Source of the DNA: Vicugna vicugna
Taxonomy: Eukaryota
Assembly: GCA_013265495.1 (NCBI GenBank)
Contig: MU058781.1
Location: 1,158,963 to 1,222,962 of the forward strand
Direction: 5' to 3'
Length of the DNA stretch: 64,000 nt
The position numbers were made by a program, and so were the translations under genes. Shown piece after piece: positions 22,836 through 36,330 of this stretch (within the stretch, counting starts at the first letter, position 1; the number at the start of each line of letters is the position of its first letter). Below the pieces are notes generated by a model. The model was not told the origin of the DNA. It did not search any database and saw only the letters and a program-made list of their open reading frames with translations.

Positions 22836-23505
22836 AACAAAAATGAAATGATAGTTGCTATTTTCTCAGATGTTTTATAGATACCAAAACATGATCTATG
22901 CAGAGTTTCATATATAACTTACCAAATATTAATAGTAAGATGATAATCCTTCCATATAAATTTCTAGCAAAAAAATTTTTGTTTCTTCTGGGTTTTAGTA
23001 TATGAACTCACTCCTGTCAGACCTGATTACTAAAAGAAAAAACTGTGGAAATGAAAGAAGTAATGAATCGGGCAGAGTAGGAATGCTGGATGTTGCAATG
23101 AAGTCTTGGGAAAGGTAAAGGAAAACAACAGAAGAAGATCCTGGCCGTGAGCATCTCTCCTTAACCTCTGTCAAGAGAGAGACAGCTGAGAAGTGTTCCA
23201 GGGGTAAACGGCTCATGTTTTGGTGTGAGGTTTTTATGAGCAGCCAAGTTAGTGACTATCCCCAAGGTATTTAGGTAGGAACCTAAAAGATGCTCAGAGG
23301 CACGATGTTCACCATATTGACTTCAACAGTGCTCAATTATTTACTAAGCTGCAATTTGTTAAAAATTCGGTGAAGACGGTTACTAAAAAGTTTCTAGGTG
23401 AACAAAGAATGACAAATGAAGTGAACAGAACTACACACCATATTACAAAACATCATTGCTTTGGGATTTTATTTAGTGTTAGTAAAGTTCTGGTCACTTA
23501 TTACA

Positions 23506-24270
23506 ATGTGTGTGTTGGGGGGGGTAGGGGTGGTCCCCACATTAGCAAGCAATGCTGAGTGGTCTACAATTCAACTCAGTTCTGACACTGTTTACCCAGA
23601 GATAACATCAGATTTCACAGGCTAAGGGCTCAGTCTCGGAAGCCTTCTCCCACCTGGGACTCCAGTTACAAGTCCAGGGCATTACAGGGCTATAAATCAG
23701 AGGTTCTCGAAACCCTTTCCTTGGGTTCGATTAATTTGCTAAAGCAGCTCGCAGAACTCAGAGAAACATTTTACTTGCTAGATCACTAGTTTATTCCAAA
23801 AGGATGTGAGTCAGGAACAGCGTGATTTTGAAGAGTTGGACGGGGGGAAGGCACAGAGCTCCCATGCCCTCCCCAAGACTACCACTCTCCCCAAATCTCC
23901 ATGTATTCACCAACAGGGAAGCTCTCTGAACCCTCTTCTTTTGGATTTTTATGGAGACCTCATTATACAGTCTTGATTGATTAAATCATTGGCCATTGGC
24001 CATCAGTTCAACCACCAGCCTCTCTCCCCTCCCAGGAGGTTGAGGGGATGGGACTGAAAGTTCCAGCCCTCTAATCACGTGGTCGGCTCCCCTGGCGACC
24101 AGCCCCTTCCTGACAGAGGTGCTTTCCAAAGCTCACCTCCTTAACACAAAAAAGGCAGGTCTCTACTATTGCTCCCAAGGCTTAGGAAATTCCAATGTTT
24201 TAAGAGCTCTGTGCCAAAAACAGGGACAAAGACCAAATATTTATTACTTATTATAAACCGCAATATCACA
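23506..24270 (-). mobile_element. MER21-family solo LTR (second copy, opposite orientation)
   Basis: Reverse complement begins tgtgatattg; contains ttctgacactg, gggttcgattaatttgcta, gattgattaaatcattggccattgg, gggactgaaagttccagccctctaatca. Confidence 0.85.
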
Positions 24271-24469
24271 GTTAGTATTTATTGTTTATATTAATGAAAT
24301 TCATAGCATTTTAAAAGTCACTTTGACTTCAGTTCCTCAATTGTATATTTTTCTTAAGGTTTTAAGGACTTCAGAGTCTGGAAACACTACTGTGTGTGTG
24401 TCTATTTCTGTGTGCACGCATGTGCTCTGTGTTGGTTTAAAGCATATAGGTGTGTATGTATCTGTACTT

Positions 24470-24630
24470 TGTAGACATATATATATACACACACACATAT
24501 ATATATATATATAGACATATATATATGTGTATATATATATACACATATATATATATACACACATATATATGTATATAACATCATTTATATTCAAAGGATG
24601 CGTGTGCACGCACACACACACACACACACT
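24470..24630. repeat. (TA)n/(CA)n compound microsatellite
   Basis: Visible. Confidence 0.95.
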
Positions 24631-27600
24631 GAATGTCTCGCTCTCGTTTGGAAAATGCCAAAACCTTTGACAGAGTGTGTGTATCATCTGGTTCTGATAG
24701 AGGGCAACATTTATAGCATTGGTTAAGTGCTGAGCACAACATGAACACTTAACAGATACTAAAAATGTTTCTTAACTTTAAGAGAGAAAAAGTTTAAAAA
24801 TCCAGTCCATGTTAAAGGGTTTAAAGTAGCATAAAAATTCAAAGGCATAGAGGTACGGTTTGGTTCATTACAGCATCTTCTAGTAAAACCCGGGATACAG
24901 CTGACTGAACGTTAAGGGGCGAAATGGCAGCTTCCACAGGATGATCCCAAGCACAAAATTCCTGAGACAGAGGAAAACCCTTGGAAATACTTCTGACTAA
25001 ATTAATTCAGAATTGTGCAGTGTCTTCTAATTTTTATTATTCTTTCTAAAGAAGAGAAGGTGGAAAGAGGAATCACCAGAATTTATTTGAACAACTGAGA
25101 AAATATTCCTTAAACAGTTTGTAAGTGGGAAAAGAATCATGATATTGGAAACAGAGAAGGAAGGAAGGAAAGCAAAGAAACAAAAAGGAAAAAAAGAAGA
25201 AACACTATATTGGATTAACTACAACCTGCTTTCTTCATCTCAGGTACTCTTGACACAGGCATGAAACCTCCAGAGACATTTCCATCACTGAATGGGCTAC
25301 CGTTGTCAAAGGAACTTCCACCTTTGACCTTGTCCAAAGGTCAAAATCCTTTAAGGAGATTTAAAGATGTACCCTTAGGGTAGCATTGAGGGATAAAGGA
25401 CGAGAGTGTTTGCTTATTGGTACCGGCATCCTAAGACTGTAAGAAGTCCCCCCTTCATAAGAATATAATCTTTCAAGATGTAGGAAAAAAGGGGAAGCAG
25501 AAGAAAGAAAACACATGAATATCTCAGCAACTTGACTGTGCATCTCAGGGGAACTTGACAGGAGACTCGGTGCATCATGTCAATCTCATTCTAAAACCGA
25601 AATTCTCATGTCTACAGAGATGGTGTGCTGACATTCACTGGGCTCCGGCTTAAGGGATTTCTCATCATGCTTGTTCGGACACTATCCCTTTTTAAAGTCT
25701 TGGTCCCTCTCCTGTTTGCTGAACGCTCAACGGGGAGAAACTAGGTAGGTCATATCCCTTGCAGAACTGACATAAAATGCCTGCACAGATAGAAAATGAG
25801 GCCTCGGGTCTTGCCAGCAGTGGGAGTAAAATTTCTCAGCAGGCTCTCCTTTCGTGGGCTTGAGACCTTGGAGTAAGGCTCTTCAGGAACCAAAGGAATT
25901 CATGGGAGAAATGCAAGGTCTGAAGGTAAAGGAGTTAGTCTCAACCCGACAAGAAAGTGAACCAAACCAGCGATGATGACGGAGGGAAAGAAAGGTGGCA
26001 GTATTTAACCACTTCAGTTCTAGAAAACCCAACGCTTCTCTCCCCACCACACCACCATCACCGCCTCTTGCTCAACACGGTGCGTCGAAGGAGGTGGGTA
26101 AAGGGTGGGCGGCAGGCGGTGGGACTGAACATAAGCTCCCACTCTTCGGGCCACCTGGATTGCCAAATAGCTGTCAGCTCATCCTCTCTGCCTTGGGGAT
26201 TCTCAGTTGCCCCAAATACAGCCCAGCGGCTGGTGAACCAGGGCCTTTGATCCACTATCAGTGCTATTTCTACCCCCACCCCCTTTTTTCTATCTTTCTC
26301 CAAACTTTGAAGATAATGGGCCTTAAACATTTGCAGGTAATTAGAAGGTGTGGCTGCCAAGGAAAAGTGAGTCGTTTTCTTTCAAATGGGAAGAGTAGGT
26401 GCTTTGCTTTTGACACCATCCCTAATTACTGCACATGCATTTATTTGGTCCCCGATAAACTGATCTGGCCCCGGTGGGAAGACCACACCTAGGGACTAAT
26501 GAGCCCCTCCTGCAGCAATAATAGCCATTAGGAGCCCAGGGTGTCATCGTGAGTCACTCACTTGTCATTTACTGACAATTTCATCCTTCAACTGGCTTTT
26601 CAGCTTCAGTTCATTAACAACTGAGGGGAGGGGACTGGACCTTCCCCTACAGGGGAAAAAAAAAAAGATGATTTAAGAAAATACTACATGCAGTACCCGC
26701 CCCCCATGTTGTGACCCATATAAACATCTCGACTGAAAAGAAAAGCACCATCTATCTCTCTGTTCATTTTCAGTATTTCTTGGCGTATATGTGTTTGTTG
26801 TGTAATTAAAGGACACTTACAATTTGAAATGTGAGCAATCCTTTATTCTCCATTGCTAATGGAGAAAGGATCAGAAAGGCTGAAGGAAGAAAATCCATAA
26901 ATAAACAGATCACTGGGGTAAACCCCGTCACTCATGAGAACTCTCCAACAGCTACCCTCAAGGGAAAAGATAAAAATGATGGTTTGGTTTATCCGATCAT
27001 TCACTCACTTGACTGAGCCATCTCGCAGTGTAGGGAACAACAGTTGATGAAAAACAGTCAAAAACGATCAAAAACAAGCAAAAGAAAAAGTTAGGAAGAT
27101 GTGCAAGACCGTCTCACCCTGTGGGATTTGGCCAAGTTCTATGTAGGAGACTTGCCTCTCAGATACAGGACATTTAAGGTCATTTAGCCCAATCCTTCAT
27201 TTTGCAAGAGGGTAAACTGAGGCACAGGACGATCACACAAACAGTTGAGGACAGATTTGGATTCTCTTCTGGTCCCACGTCAGTGTCTGTCGTCCGTGTC
27301 CTACAGATCGTGCCCATGGCCCCCAGTTGTTGGGCAGAACGCCCCAGCCTGCTGAGGGCACTGAGGGTTCTGAGGGTCTCAGCTGGAACCTGGGAAGCTA
27401 GGCTGTGAAATAAAGACCCTTGGAGTCTTTCATAGTGATTTTCCTTTTGATTTTATAAGAGAAAAACATGTATTTGGAGATAATTATCAAAGTAGAAAAG
27501 TGTGTTTCTTCCTCCTCTCAAACATGTGGCCGTCTGGTGACTCACTTATCCTTGGAATTTTGTTTTCTCCTGCTTTTTAAATGTCTCATTGTCCTTACCA

Positions 27601-28194
27601 TTTTAAAGAGAGGTGTGTGCGTGTGTGTGTGTGTGCACCCACGCAAGTGTGTGTGTGTATAAATACTTTTTCCCTGTTTAACCTACCCAGTTCAGGTAGG
27701 TGCATGAAAAGACAAATCATTCTGGTCTTAGCTGTCTGAGTATTGCCGTCAACCTGACTGTGTGCCCAGTGGTCTCCCTGGATGAGCTGCAGCTGTAACT
27801 TAGTTTTTCGCCTGAATGCGGTTCCCTAAGACAAAGCAAGGCTGCCTAAGAACTTTGGAAAGGGGGCTTTCTGTCTTAGTTGTTTTGGTAGGAATTCAAA
27901 GTAGACGGGGGAAGACTGGCGCGTCTCAGGTCATCAGAGGCAGAGGTGCCCGCAGACCCTGGCTTGAAGGGGCCCTATTGTTCGGCTTCTTCATTCTCAC
28001 CCCATGACTTGTGAGTCTCCTTTCGCCTGAGAAACACGGGAGCATGAGTCATGGACAGCATTTGATTAATCTCTTCGAATTGAAGGAAGAGTCAAAAAAC
28101 TTTGAAAGCAAATAAGCCGCCTTAGTGATAAATGCGACTAGATTAAAATCACATGCTCCCTCGATGTCAGTCACTCTTTTAAACTTCTGGCATG

Positions 28195-28330
28195 TCTTAG
28201 CTCAATGAATCCTCGCGACAACCCCATGAGACAGGTACTATTATTCTACCCACATACCAGATAAGGAAACTGAGGCACAAGTCAGACAACGAGGTTACAC
28301 AACAGGCCTGCGGAGACTGGGATCTGAGCC
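28195..28330 (-). mobile_element. MIR SINE
   Basis: aatcctcgcgacaaccccatgagacaggtactatt..cagataaggaaactgaggcaca. Confidence 0.8.
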
Positions 28331-28769
28331 CGCCCTTTACCCCCACTCCCCTCCGGCTCCCGGTCACGAGGCTGACTTGGTTCAAGACTTCAGGCAACAG
28401 CAAGTTGACATCCTAAAAATAGAAAGTGTCTGGGAGCCTCGGGGGCCTTTTCTTTTGAACACGCTCGTCGACTCACACCCTGACCTAAAGGAGGTTTGAG
28501 AAATCCAGGTGAGATCGGGGTGCCCACGGGGATCCGGTGCAGCCTGACGCCAGTGTGTTCTGAACTCAAGCAGAAATCTCTCCTCCAGGGGTTTGCCCCT
28601 GACTCTAGGTTCCCAAGCCCCAGAATCCTCTCACTCATTGAGGGTGGGAGGAGCTTTCATCAACTCTTAGGGAGGGACTCTGGACAAGGAAAGCAGTTAC
28701 TCCAGAAGCAGATCCAGCCAGATCTTACTTCTGTTCGGTTGCACACAACCCTGCCAAGTGCGGACACAG

Positions 28770-29050
28770 ACGCATAAATAACTCAGTGCAGGACAGGCTG
28801 TGATAGATGTGGTCGGGGCAGGTGCCGGGGAATTCAGGCAGGCGGCTCCGCCTCCTCCTCCTCCTCCCAGCCCTTCCCCTCCTGATTCCGCAGGAGGGAG
28901 GCGCTCCGCGCGGCGCCTTCGCCGGGCGCACAATGGCGTTCGGTCATCTCGGGAAGAAAGACGAGGATCCAAGTAAGGAGAGGCCTGGTGAAGAAAGCGA
29001 GCCACGTGCACTCTTGGGCGGGGAAAATGCAAAACAGGCAACGGCGAAAA
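28770..29050 (+). promoter_or_regulatory. Small CpG-rich island; candidate promoter and first exon (donor after 28972)
   Basis: Dense CpG, TATA-like cataaata at 28773, (CTC)n tract, ATG in strong Kozak context cacaATGG at 28933, donor CCAA|gtaagg. Confidence 0.55.
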
Positions 29051-32002
29051 TGTCTTGTTCATAAAAGGAAGCGTGTGTATTTCAAGCTATTTCTGCCTGC
29101 GTTTTGTCTTCATCGGAAAACACGAGTTAGCATGTCATATCCGTCTGTTTTGAAAATTTCCCAACTTGATTTTCAAAGGGGCTTGTCAAATCCTAGGCCA
29201 CTTCTATCTTTGCTAATTTAGGAAATTAATACTCAACAAAGTAATAGAAAGAAAAAAGAAAAAGAAAAGGGCAAATATCCTCCGTTTCAATTGTTTCCTT
29301 TAAAGGAATCATTAGACTATAAAGGATTCCCTGATTAAAGTAGAAGCATTTTAATAAACACACCAAAAAGACTCGAGCTACTGCGAAATAGAAATTAACC
29401 AACGCAGTAATATACTTTTGTATCTCTTGAAAAATTTAGGGATTTTTAAGATTTGCAAAAAGAAATCACAATTCAAACTTCAAAACTTAAATAGCTTAAA
29501 CTCTCTTTTCTTCTCCCAGCCTCTAAATATGAAATTTATGGAGTAGATGTCACTATCTAAGGCCAAGTGCAGATAAAAAACAGGAGGTCAGATTTTTACA
29601 TGCATCTTTGGACATTTTATTTGATTTTGTTTGATGAACTGCTTTAGCTTTTATTCCATACCTGTGGATTCTGACCGTTTCAACAATCTACATCTAAGAA
29701 GGCAGTGGGGAAGTTGTGGTAATTTTCAGAAGATTTTTTTTTTAGCTCTTATGTAACACTTGTTTCCATTTGATTCCGACAGCACCGGGAGGCATTTTCC
29801 AGCTTGACTCAAGAGAGTTTGTTCAATCTGATAAGGAGGATCTTAACTCTTCTCTGTCCTTCTCTCAACCAAAGAAGATCTCTGGCCCACTGGAGAGAAA
29901 CTGAATTGGAAAATGCAAAGTTTTGCACCCAGCTCAGTAAAGTTGGGACGACTTGATATTCAGGTCTGGTTAAGAGCGATGTATAATTTAGGCAATTAAG
30001 GCAATGAATACCTTACTGCATTGAAAAAAAAAGGAATTGATCTTTCATAAGATGTTGCCCTAGGTTTACATACATATATGAGTGTATATGTAATACACGT
30101 GTAAATGTAAGTCTGATAGACATGAAGAAATAAAATATTCTATTAACTTTGAGGTAGGTATAAATAATAGATCTCCATTTGCCAAATGAATGTTTTTCTT
30201 TTCCATCCTGTAAACAGAGCAGTTTCATATTTATCTAAAACAGTTCCACGCAGAGAGGCAGTGTTATAATGAAAATCAGCGAGCAACTCTTCTGTGTCCA
30301 ACCTTGGCCCTCATCTCTAAGCCCTACAGTTGGAGTTAGTAGGCTCAATGAGTTGTTGGAGGCCAGAGGAGAGAGAGAGTTATTGAAAACGGGACGGACA
30401 GTCTGTTCAGCATGGAAAAGTGAGCGCTGACTTTATATCCAATCACAGATGGATAGGAAGGAAGGAAGAAAGAGGAAGAGCTTTGTAAGTAGGAAATAAT
30501 GTAATTAGTTCCATATATTCTGGCTTTTTATCTGTATATTGTTGCAGAAATAACAATTATTTACTCTGAGAGGTCAAAGACTAGTTGACATTTATTAAAT
30601 CATCACCATCATCTACTTCCAGAAAGACCAGATTGGAGACTAACAACCTTTAAGGCCCTTTCCAATTTTACCCCCTACTTATTAAGCTCAGTAAAGAATC
30701 ACCACTGCTCCCCCTGGTTAACACTATCGCCCCTTCTAAAGAAACATTCTATATTTGTCTTCAAATCAATACACACCTGAATAAAAGAAACCACCACATT
30801 GTAAGACCTGCAAAATGTTTGAACCAGCAGTGTTGTTGGACTCCGTCGTGCCAAAGAATCTGTCCTGAAATCAAAAGCTTGGGCACTTTCTGGTAGTGGG
30901 TGTCCTCAGACTAAGTCCTGGAACTCTGTCTACGTCTCAGCATTGCAACATTTGCTTTTTGTAGGAGTTCATAAAACGCATTCAGGCCTTCCGCAAAACC
31001 AAAAAGTTTGATAATTAAGACTTTTCTAGCCTTGAACACTGTTTTGTTGAAAACAAGCCCAGAAAATGGATCTCCACCCCAGCTCCCAGGTACCGCTTAC
31101 AACTCCCTTCAGTCCTGCCGTCTCCCTTGGCAGCCCCGCTCTGTCCAGTGTTCCTTACTACACTGGCAAGGCTGTGAGAGGCTGGTTTAGAGGACAAAGT
31201 TCTGAAGCTCACCCCATCGGATCCTGCCAGGTGGGAGAAAAGAGCCTAGAAAGTCGTTCACTATACAATATGGCTCAGACCACTTTACACTTTAGGTGCT
31301 GGTTCCTCTAGGCAAGGTCTAAAAGCAGCCACTCACCCAAGTCAGCTTCAAAACCCTGTCACGTTAAAGTTCTGTTGGTGGCCTTTGGAAGTTGCTCTTT
31401 CTAGCATTTTCACCCCTAGAACATAAAACCCACCATTTAAAAATTAAGATACATTTTCCATCATCAGCTGCGTCTCTCAAACATACTAGTTTGCTGACTG
31501 TTCGGCTGCTGTACTGATATTGACAAAAAAAACTCCTGGCAAATTGATAGGATGGCTACATTACACATAAATAATAATCATGCCATTGTGTAGTGTGTGC
31601 TGATAAAACTGACTGTGCCCACTACAGCCTACAATTAGCGCCAACGTTTTTAATACCAGCCAAGTGAATTTCCTAGGTGACATTTCCAGCACATATTAGT
31701 AATTTGCAGTCTATGGTTTCTCATTCTGGCACCATGTGCTGATGAAGGAGAATGTTTAGAAGTACTAAGAACATTGAACTAGAACTTCAGAACTCTATTT
31801 TTTTATAAAGTTATTCCATAGCTGCCTCCTTTTATATCCTTTGAAAATTCTGACAGCGCTTGGTTTCTTGGAGCCCTCCAAAGTATAATAAATAAATAGA
31901 TGATGGGTACATCAACAAAAATTTTAAACACCCTGAGCAGAACTGGACAGCTGATTGCACAAAAGGTGCGAGGAGGAGAGACTTAATATTTCCACTTTTC
32001 CA

Positions 32003-32664
32003 AATCTTGATTTTCTTTTTTTAAAATGTATTTAGTTATTTATTATTAATTGAAGTATAGTTGGTTTACAATGTTGTGTTAATTTCTGGTATACAGCGTA
32101 GTGATTCAGTTATATATGTGTGTATATATATATATGTATTTCTTTTCAGATTCTTTTTCGTTATAGGCTATTACAAGATACTGAATAGACTTCCTTGTGC
32201 TCTACAGTAGGACCTTGTTATTTATCTATTTTATATATAGTAATGCATATCTGCAAATCCCAAACTCCCAATTTATCCCTCCACCCACCCTTTCCCCAGT
32301 AACTGTAAGTTCATTGTCTATGCCTGTGAGTCTGTTTCTGTTTTGTAAATAAGTTTATTTGTGTCTTTTTTTAAGATTCTACATACAAGTGATAGCTTAT
32401 GGTATTTTTCTTTCTCTTAGAATGGCAATCTCCAGGTCCATCCAAGTTGCTGCAAATGGCATTCTTTTATTCTTTTTTATGGCTGAGTAGTATTCCATTG
32501 TGTATGTAGACCACAACTTCTTTATCCAATCATATATCCACAGGAAACTGATTCAAAAAGATACATGCACCCCAGTGTTCATAGCAGCACTATTTACAAG
32601 AGCCCAAATATGGAAGTAAACTAAATGGCCATTGACAGATGACTGAACTAATCTTGATTTTCTT
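32003..32664 (-). mobile_element. 5'-inverted L1 with 15-bp TSD aatcttgattttctt
   Basis: Antisense 3' end at ~32018-32532, then sense L1 segment (catatatcca..gatacatgcacccc..acagatgactg) to ~32646. Identical 15-mers at 32003-32017 and 32650-32664. Confidence 0.92.
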
Positions 32665-35600
32665 AAGCAGAGTATTTTATAATAGGTTGTATTTAAGAAA
32701 ATGCAGGGCTCTTGGAGCATGACAGGTGTCCCCTCAGGACCGGAATGTGGGGCTGAAGCCCTCCAAGGACCCGGCCAGGGGTGTCACACAGGAAACGTGC
32801 TGCCCTTACAGCCTCTTCAGAGCAGGAGGAGGTCAACGTTGTTACTGTTGTTTGAAGAGCAAACCCTAGATGAGCAAGGCAGGCTAGAGTTTGCTGATAC
32901 TAGGATGCACTTCTTAACTTGATCAGAATAGAGAGAGAAGCTAAAAGTACGGAAAGCAGGAATTTCCAAATGTGTCAGGATGGGGGTTGTTCATTTAATT
33001 TCCCGAAGTCACACCGCATCTGAAAGAGGATGGGTAAGGGCATAGTGGTGGAGCTGGCGGGCAGCAGGAACGAACAGCACATCCTCTACAAAACAAATGG
33101 AGAAGAGTCTGCCTGGATATGGATCATCCGGTGAATACAGCGAGCGCTACCCTTTTCTCGGCTTCATTTCATTCTCTCCCAAGGTCAACATGATCTCATG
33201 AGGACCAGCAGGTGCAGTGGAAAGAGCCCAGACGCTCATAGATTCAACCCAAGACGGGCCCTCACTAGCTGTTTGATGGTGGGAAATTGACCTATGCTGT
33301 CTCGATTTCCTCACTAATAATCCTAGGCTCTACGAGACTCTCTCGACTCTTCAGTTCTTTCATTGCTGTAGATCTGTTCTCCTTTCCACGCTGTTGGGGG
33401 AGGTAGAACAGGGCTGCTCTGAGGACAGCTGGTATCTTGTGTATGGGGGACATAGAAAATTACCCATAAGGATGTAGTTCCCTTTCAAAAGCCGTACTCT
33501 TGCAACCTTTCCGGCTGGTACATTTAAGTCATCGAGACGCCTTTTAATAAACACCAATGGAAACACTGAAATGACTCTGCTTAAAGATTTTTATACTAAC
33601 GGTGGGTTTTATTTCTATCTGTATTTCAATCATTATTATTGATTGGGAAGTTTTCAGTGTGACATAAAAATCAAGGCCTGATTGAGACACTCTTTCTACT
33701 ATGTTTAAACTTTTCAAAGTATTATGCTCTGGAACACATAGGACAATTAAATAAGATATGGTGTGTTTTGGAAGCAAATAGCTATAACACAAGGAGCCCG
33801 TAAGACCAAAACCTGGGTATCTTTTTTGCATAATGTATACGTATATAAATTATTAGATTATTTTTTCTCAAGAGAATGTAAAGTTTTTTAAATAGGAAAT
33901 TTTTTTTTTCCCACTGCACTCAGGCAAATTAGACAAAGGTTGTGCTCTGCTTCACATTTTAAAGTGGAAAACAAAGTACAAGCAGAAATAAAGGCAGAAG
34001 CGCGTCCCAGCTCCTACTCGTTGTGCTAATCTTTGGACTGTCCATCTATTCCGCTGGTGACCTCAGCAATCTGTTGGTCAAACACAAATGGCTCCGCTGT
34101 AGAAAGTTGCTTATTTAGGGTCCTAGACTCTTGGACGTAAGAGAGTCTCATTGCAGGAGAATGTTGTTCACCTACCAAGAAAGGAAGGGAAGCGAAGCAA
34201 ACCAGTAAAGACTTTCTCAACGTCAGGTCACCTGTTAGCAACACCAAGTAAGGACCTAAGTCTTCTTATTCCAAGCCTTTGTCTTAGAAAGTTGTCCCCC
34301 AGGGTGCCCTTTTTTTTTTTTCTTTTTTGGACTTGAAGAGTCAATGCATTTTCCAAAGAACCTGACTGTCCCCCAGTGAGAATCCAACTGGTAAAATAAA
34401 ATTTCAAATTGGTGGATAGCGAAATGGATTCCTAGTAAATTCATCATGTCCCAGTTGAACAACTTGGTTATAACTAGTTTTAACATCTTATTGCATCCCA
34501 TTTTCTACATTTCAGTTTTTCATTACAGCCTAGTAGTTTGGACCTCTGAATTTAAATTTTTTGGGGGTGCTTATTTAATTTATCTAAATATATGACCTTG
34601 TGAGTCTTTTCTCCTGGTCCTTTATGGTAAGTGGTCAGTATTGAGCAGTAAACCTTCAAGGAGAAAAGTCTCCCAAATATACTCCACTTGTCCTCAGAGT
34701 AAAGACACTGTAACAGCTCTGTGCATTTTACCTGGCATTTCTTATCTTGCCATTTCTATTCAATGGTTTGTAAGGTGGAAAATTTGCATCGCCTGCTAGC
34801 CAGACGTTACTATCGTTAACTTTCCGTGAACGTCAACACTGCTGTAGGCATTACGCAAAGCAGAAGGAGCACCACCTCCACTTAGTCTATCTAAATAATA
34901 GATTGGGGAGCAGGTTGCACATGTGAATATATTTTAATCAATATGCATTTATTGTGGCTATAAATGACAGTAAAACGCAGCTACTTTCCAGAGGTCATTA
35001 CCACCCACAATAACCCAATGAGCATTCTCCCACCTTATATTAGTAAGTGTTCCTGAAAAGCTGCATGTAAATCAAATAATATTAAATGCTGTCGAGGAAC
35101 CCATTATCCTATGGAGAATCCTTCTATGAAGCAATAGGTAGCATATTATTAACTTACAGAAATTTGATTTAAAATTCTGGGGTTTTCTCCTATTTTGAAT
35201 TCCATGAGGCAATTCATTTTTTCAGTCGATATTATTAAACCCCTACCATATACAAGGCCATACAGAACCAGGTGCCAACTTTCAAAACAGGAGAAAGCAT
35301 GTCTATAACAGAAGGGGAAAAGAATCTATTCCAAAAACTGTAACAACTAAAGAACTGTAGAGATTTTTGAAAAATTCAGAGTGAAGAAAGAAAACCTGAC
35401 TGGTTAATAATGCATTTATAAAAATTCCAAAATATTCTCTCTGTATAAAGATGACTAATACTAGAGAGAAGTTTATGCAAGCTTTCAGTTTTATTAAGTC
35501 ACTGATAAATACGTCTCAATGAAATATTTAAATGTCCAAATAAAATTAACAGACTCACTGGAGAGAAAGGGACCTATTCATCCGTCCAGCGGACGTAGGG

Positions 35601-35769
35601 TGTTGCTAACTTCCGCCGTAACACGAACCAGCTCTTTGCACCAGCTGGTCAAGTGTCTGTTCACGTAAAACAACCTGTTTGTTAATTGCCTTCAACCCAA
35701 GTCGTGTTGTTCCTGCACTTTGAACCCTAAAGGTAGTTTGGGATAAATGTGTCTGGGAATGAGAGGTGA

Positions 35770-36330
35770 TTAATGCGACCAGGCAGCCAGGGCCGCAAGA
35801 GCCGGGGATGCAGCGGGCAAGGGCCGGGCCTGGCGGTGATGCTCCAAGGGACTGATCCCGCTGGTCTGTTGTGAGATTTTTTTTTTTTTTCCTTTCCCTT
35901 TCCTTCTGCCGCCTAGTTGCAGGCTGCAACTGGAACCTTCTGCCATAAGCGGGCCGTGCCCCAGCCCTCTGGCACCCCGCGCTGATCAGTAGAGAAGCCT
36001 TCCCGGCAGTCAGGGCCAACACAATGCGCGCCGCCGGCGGCCCTGGGCGGCTCACTCCCTGCCGCTCCACCTGCGCCCCCAGCGTCCCCCAGGGCCCTCC
36101 GCGGGGCTGACAGTCGTGGTGGATGCTTGACCCTGGGCCTTGCAGCTGGCTGGCTTCCAGAAGCTTCCTCGGATGACAAGGCGTGCTGAAGATGGTGTTC
36201 ACGGCGATCGGGCACAGAGCGCGGGGTCAGGTCGCCCCGAGGCGCAGCCCCCCTCTTCCCTCGGGGGGCAGACAGGGCGCAGCTCCTGCCCCTGGAGACG
36301 GTGCGAAACCAGACTGTGCGAAGCAGCAGG
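35770..36330. promoter_or_regulatory. CpG island (candidate promoter or enhancer)
   Basis: About 550 bp, GC-rich with many undecayed CpGs against a CpG-depleted background; not repeat-like. Confidence 0.65.
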
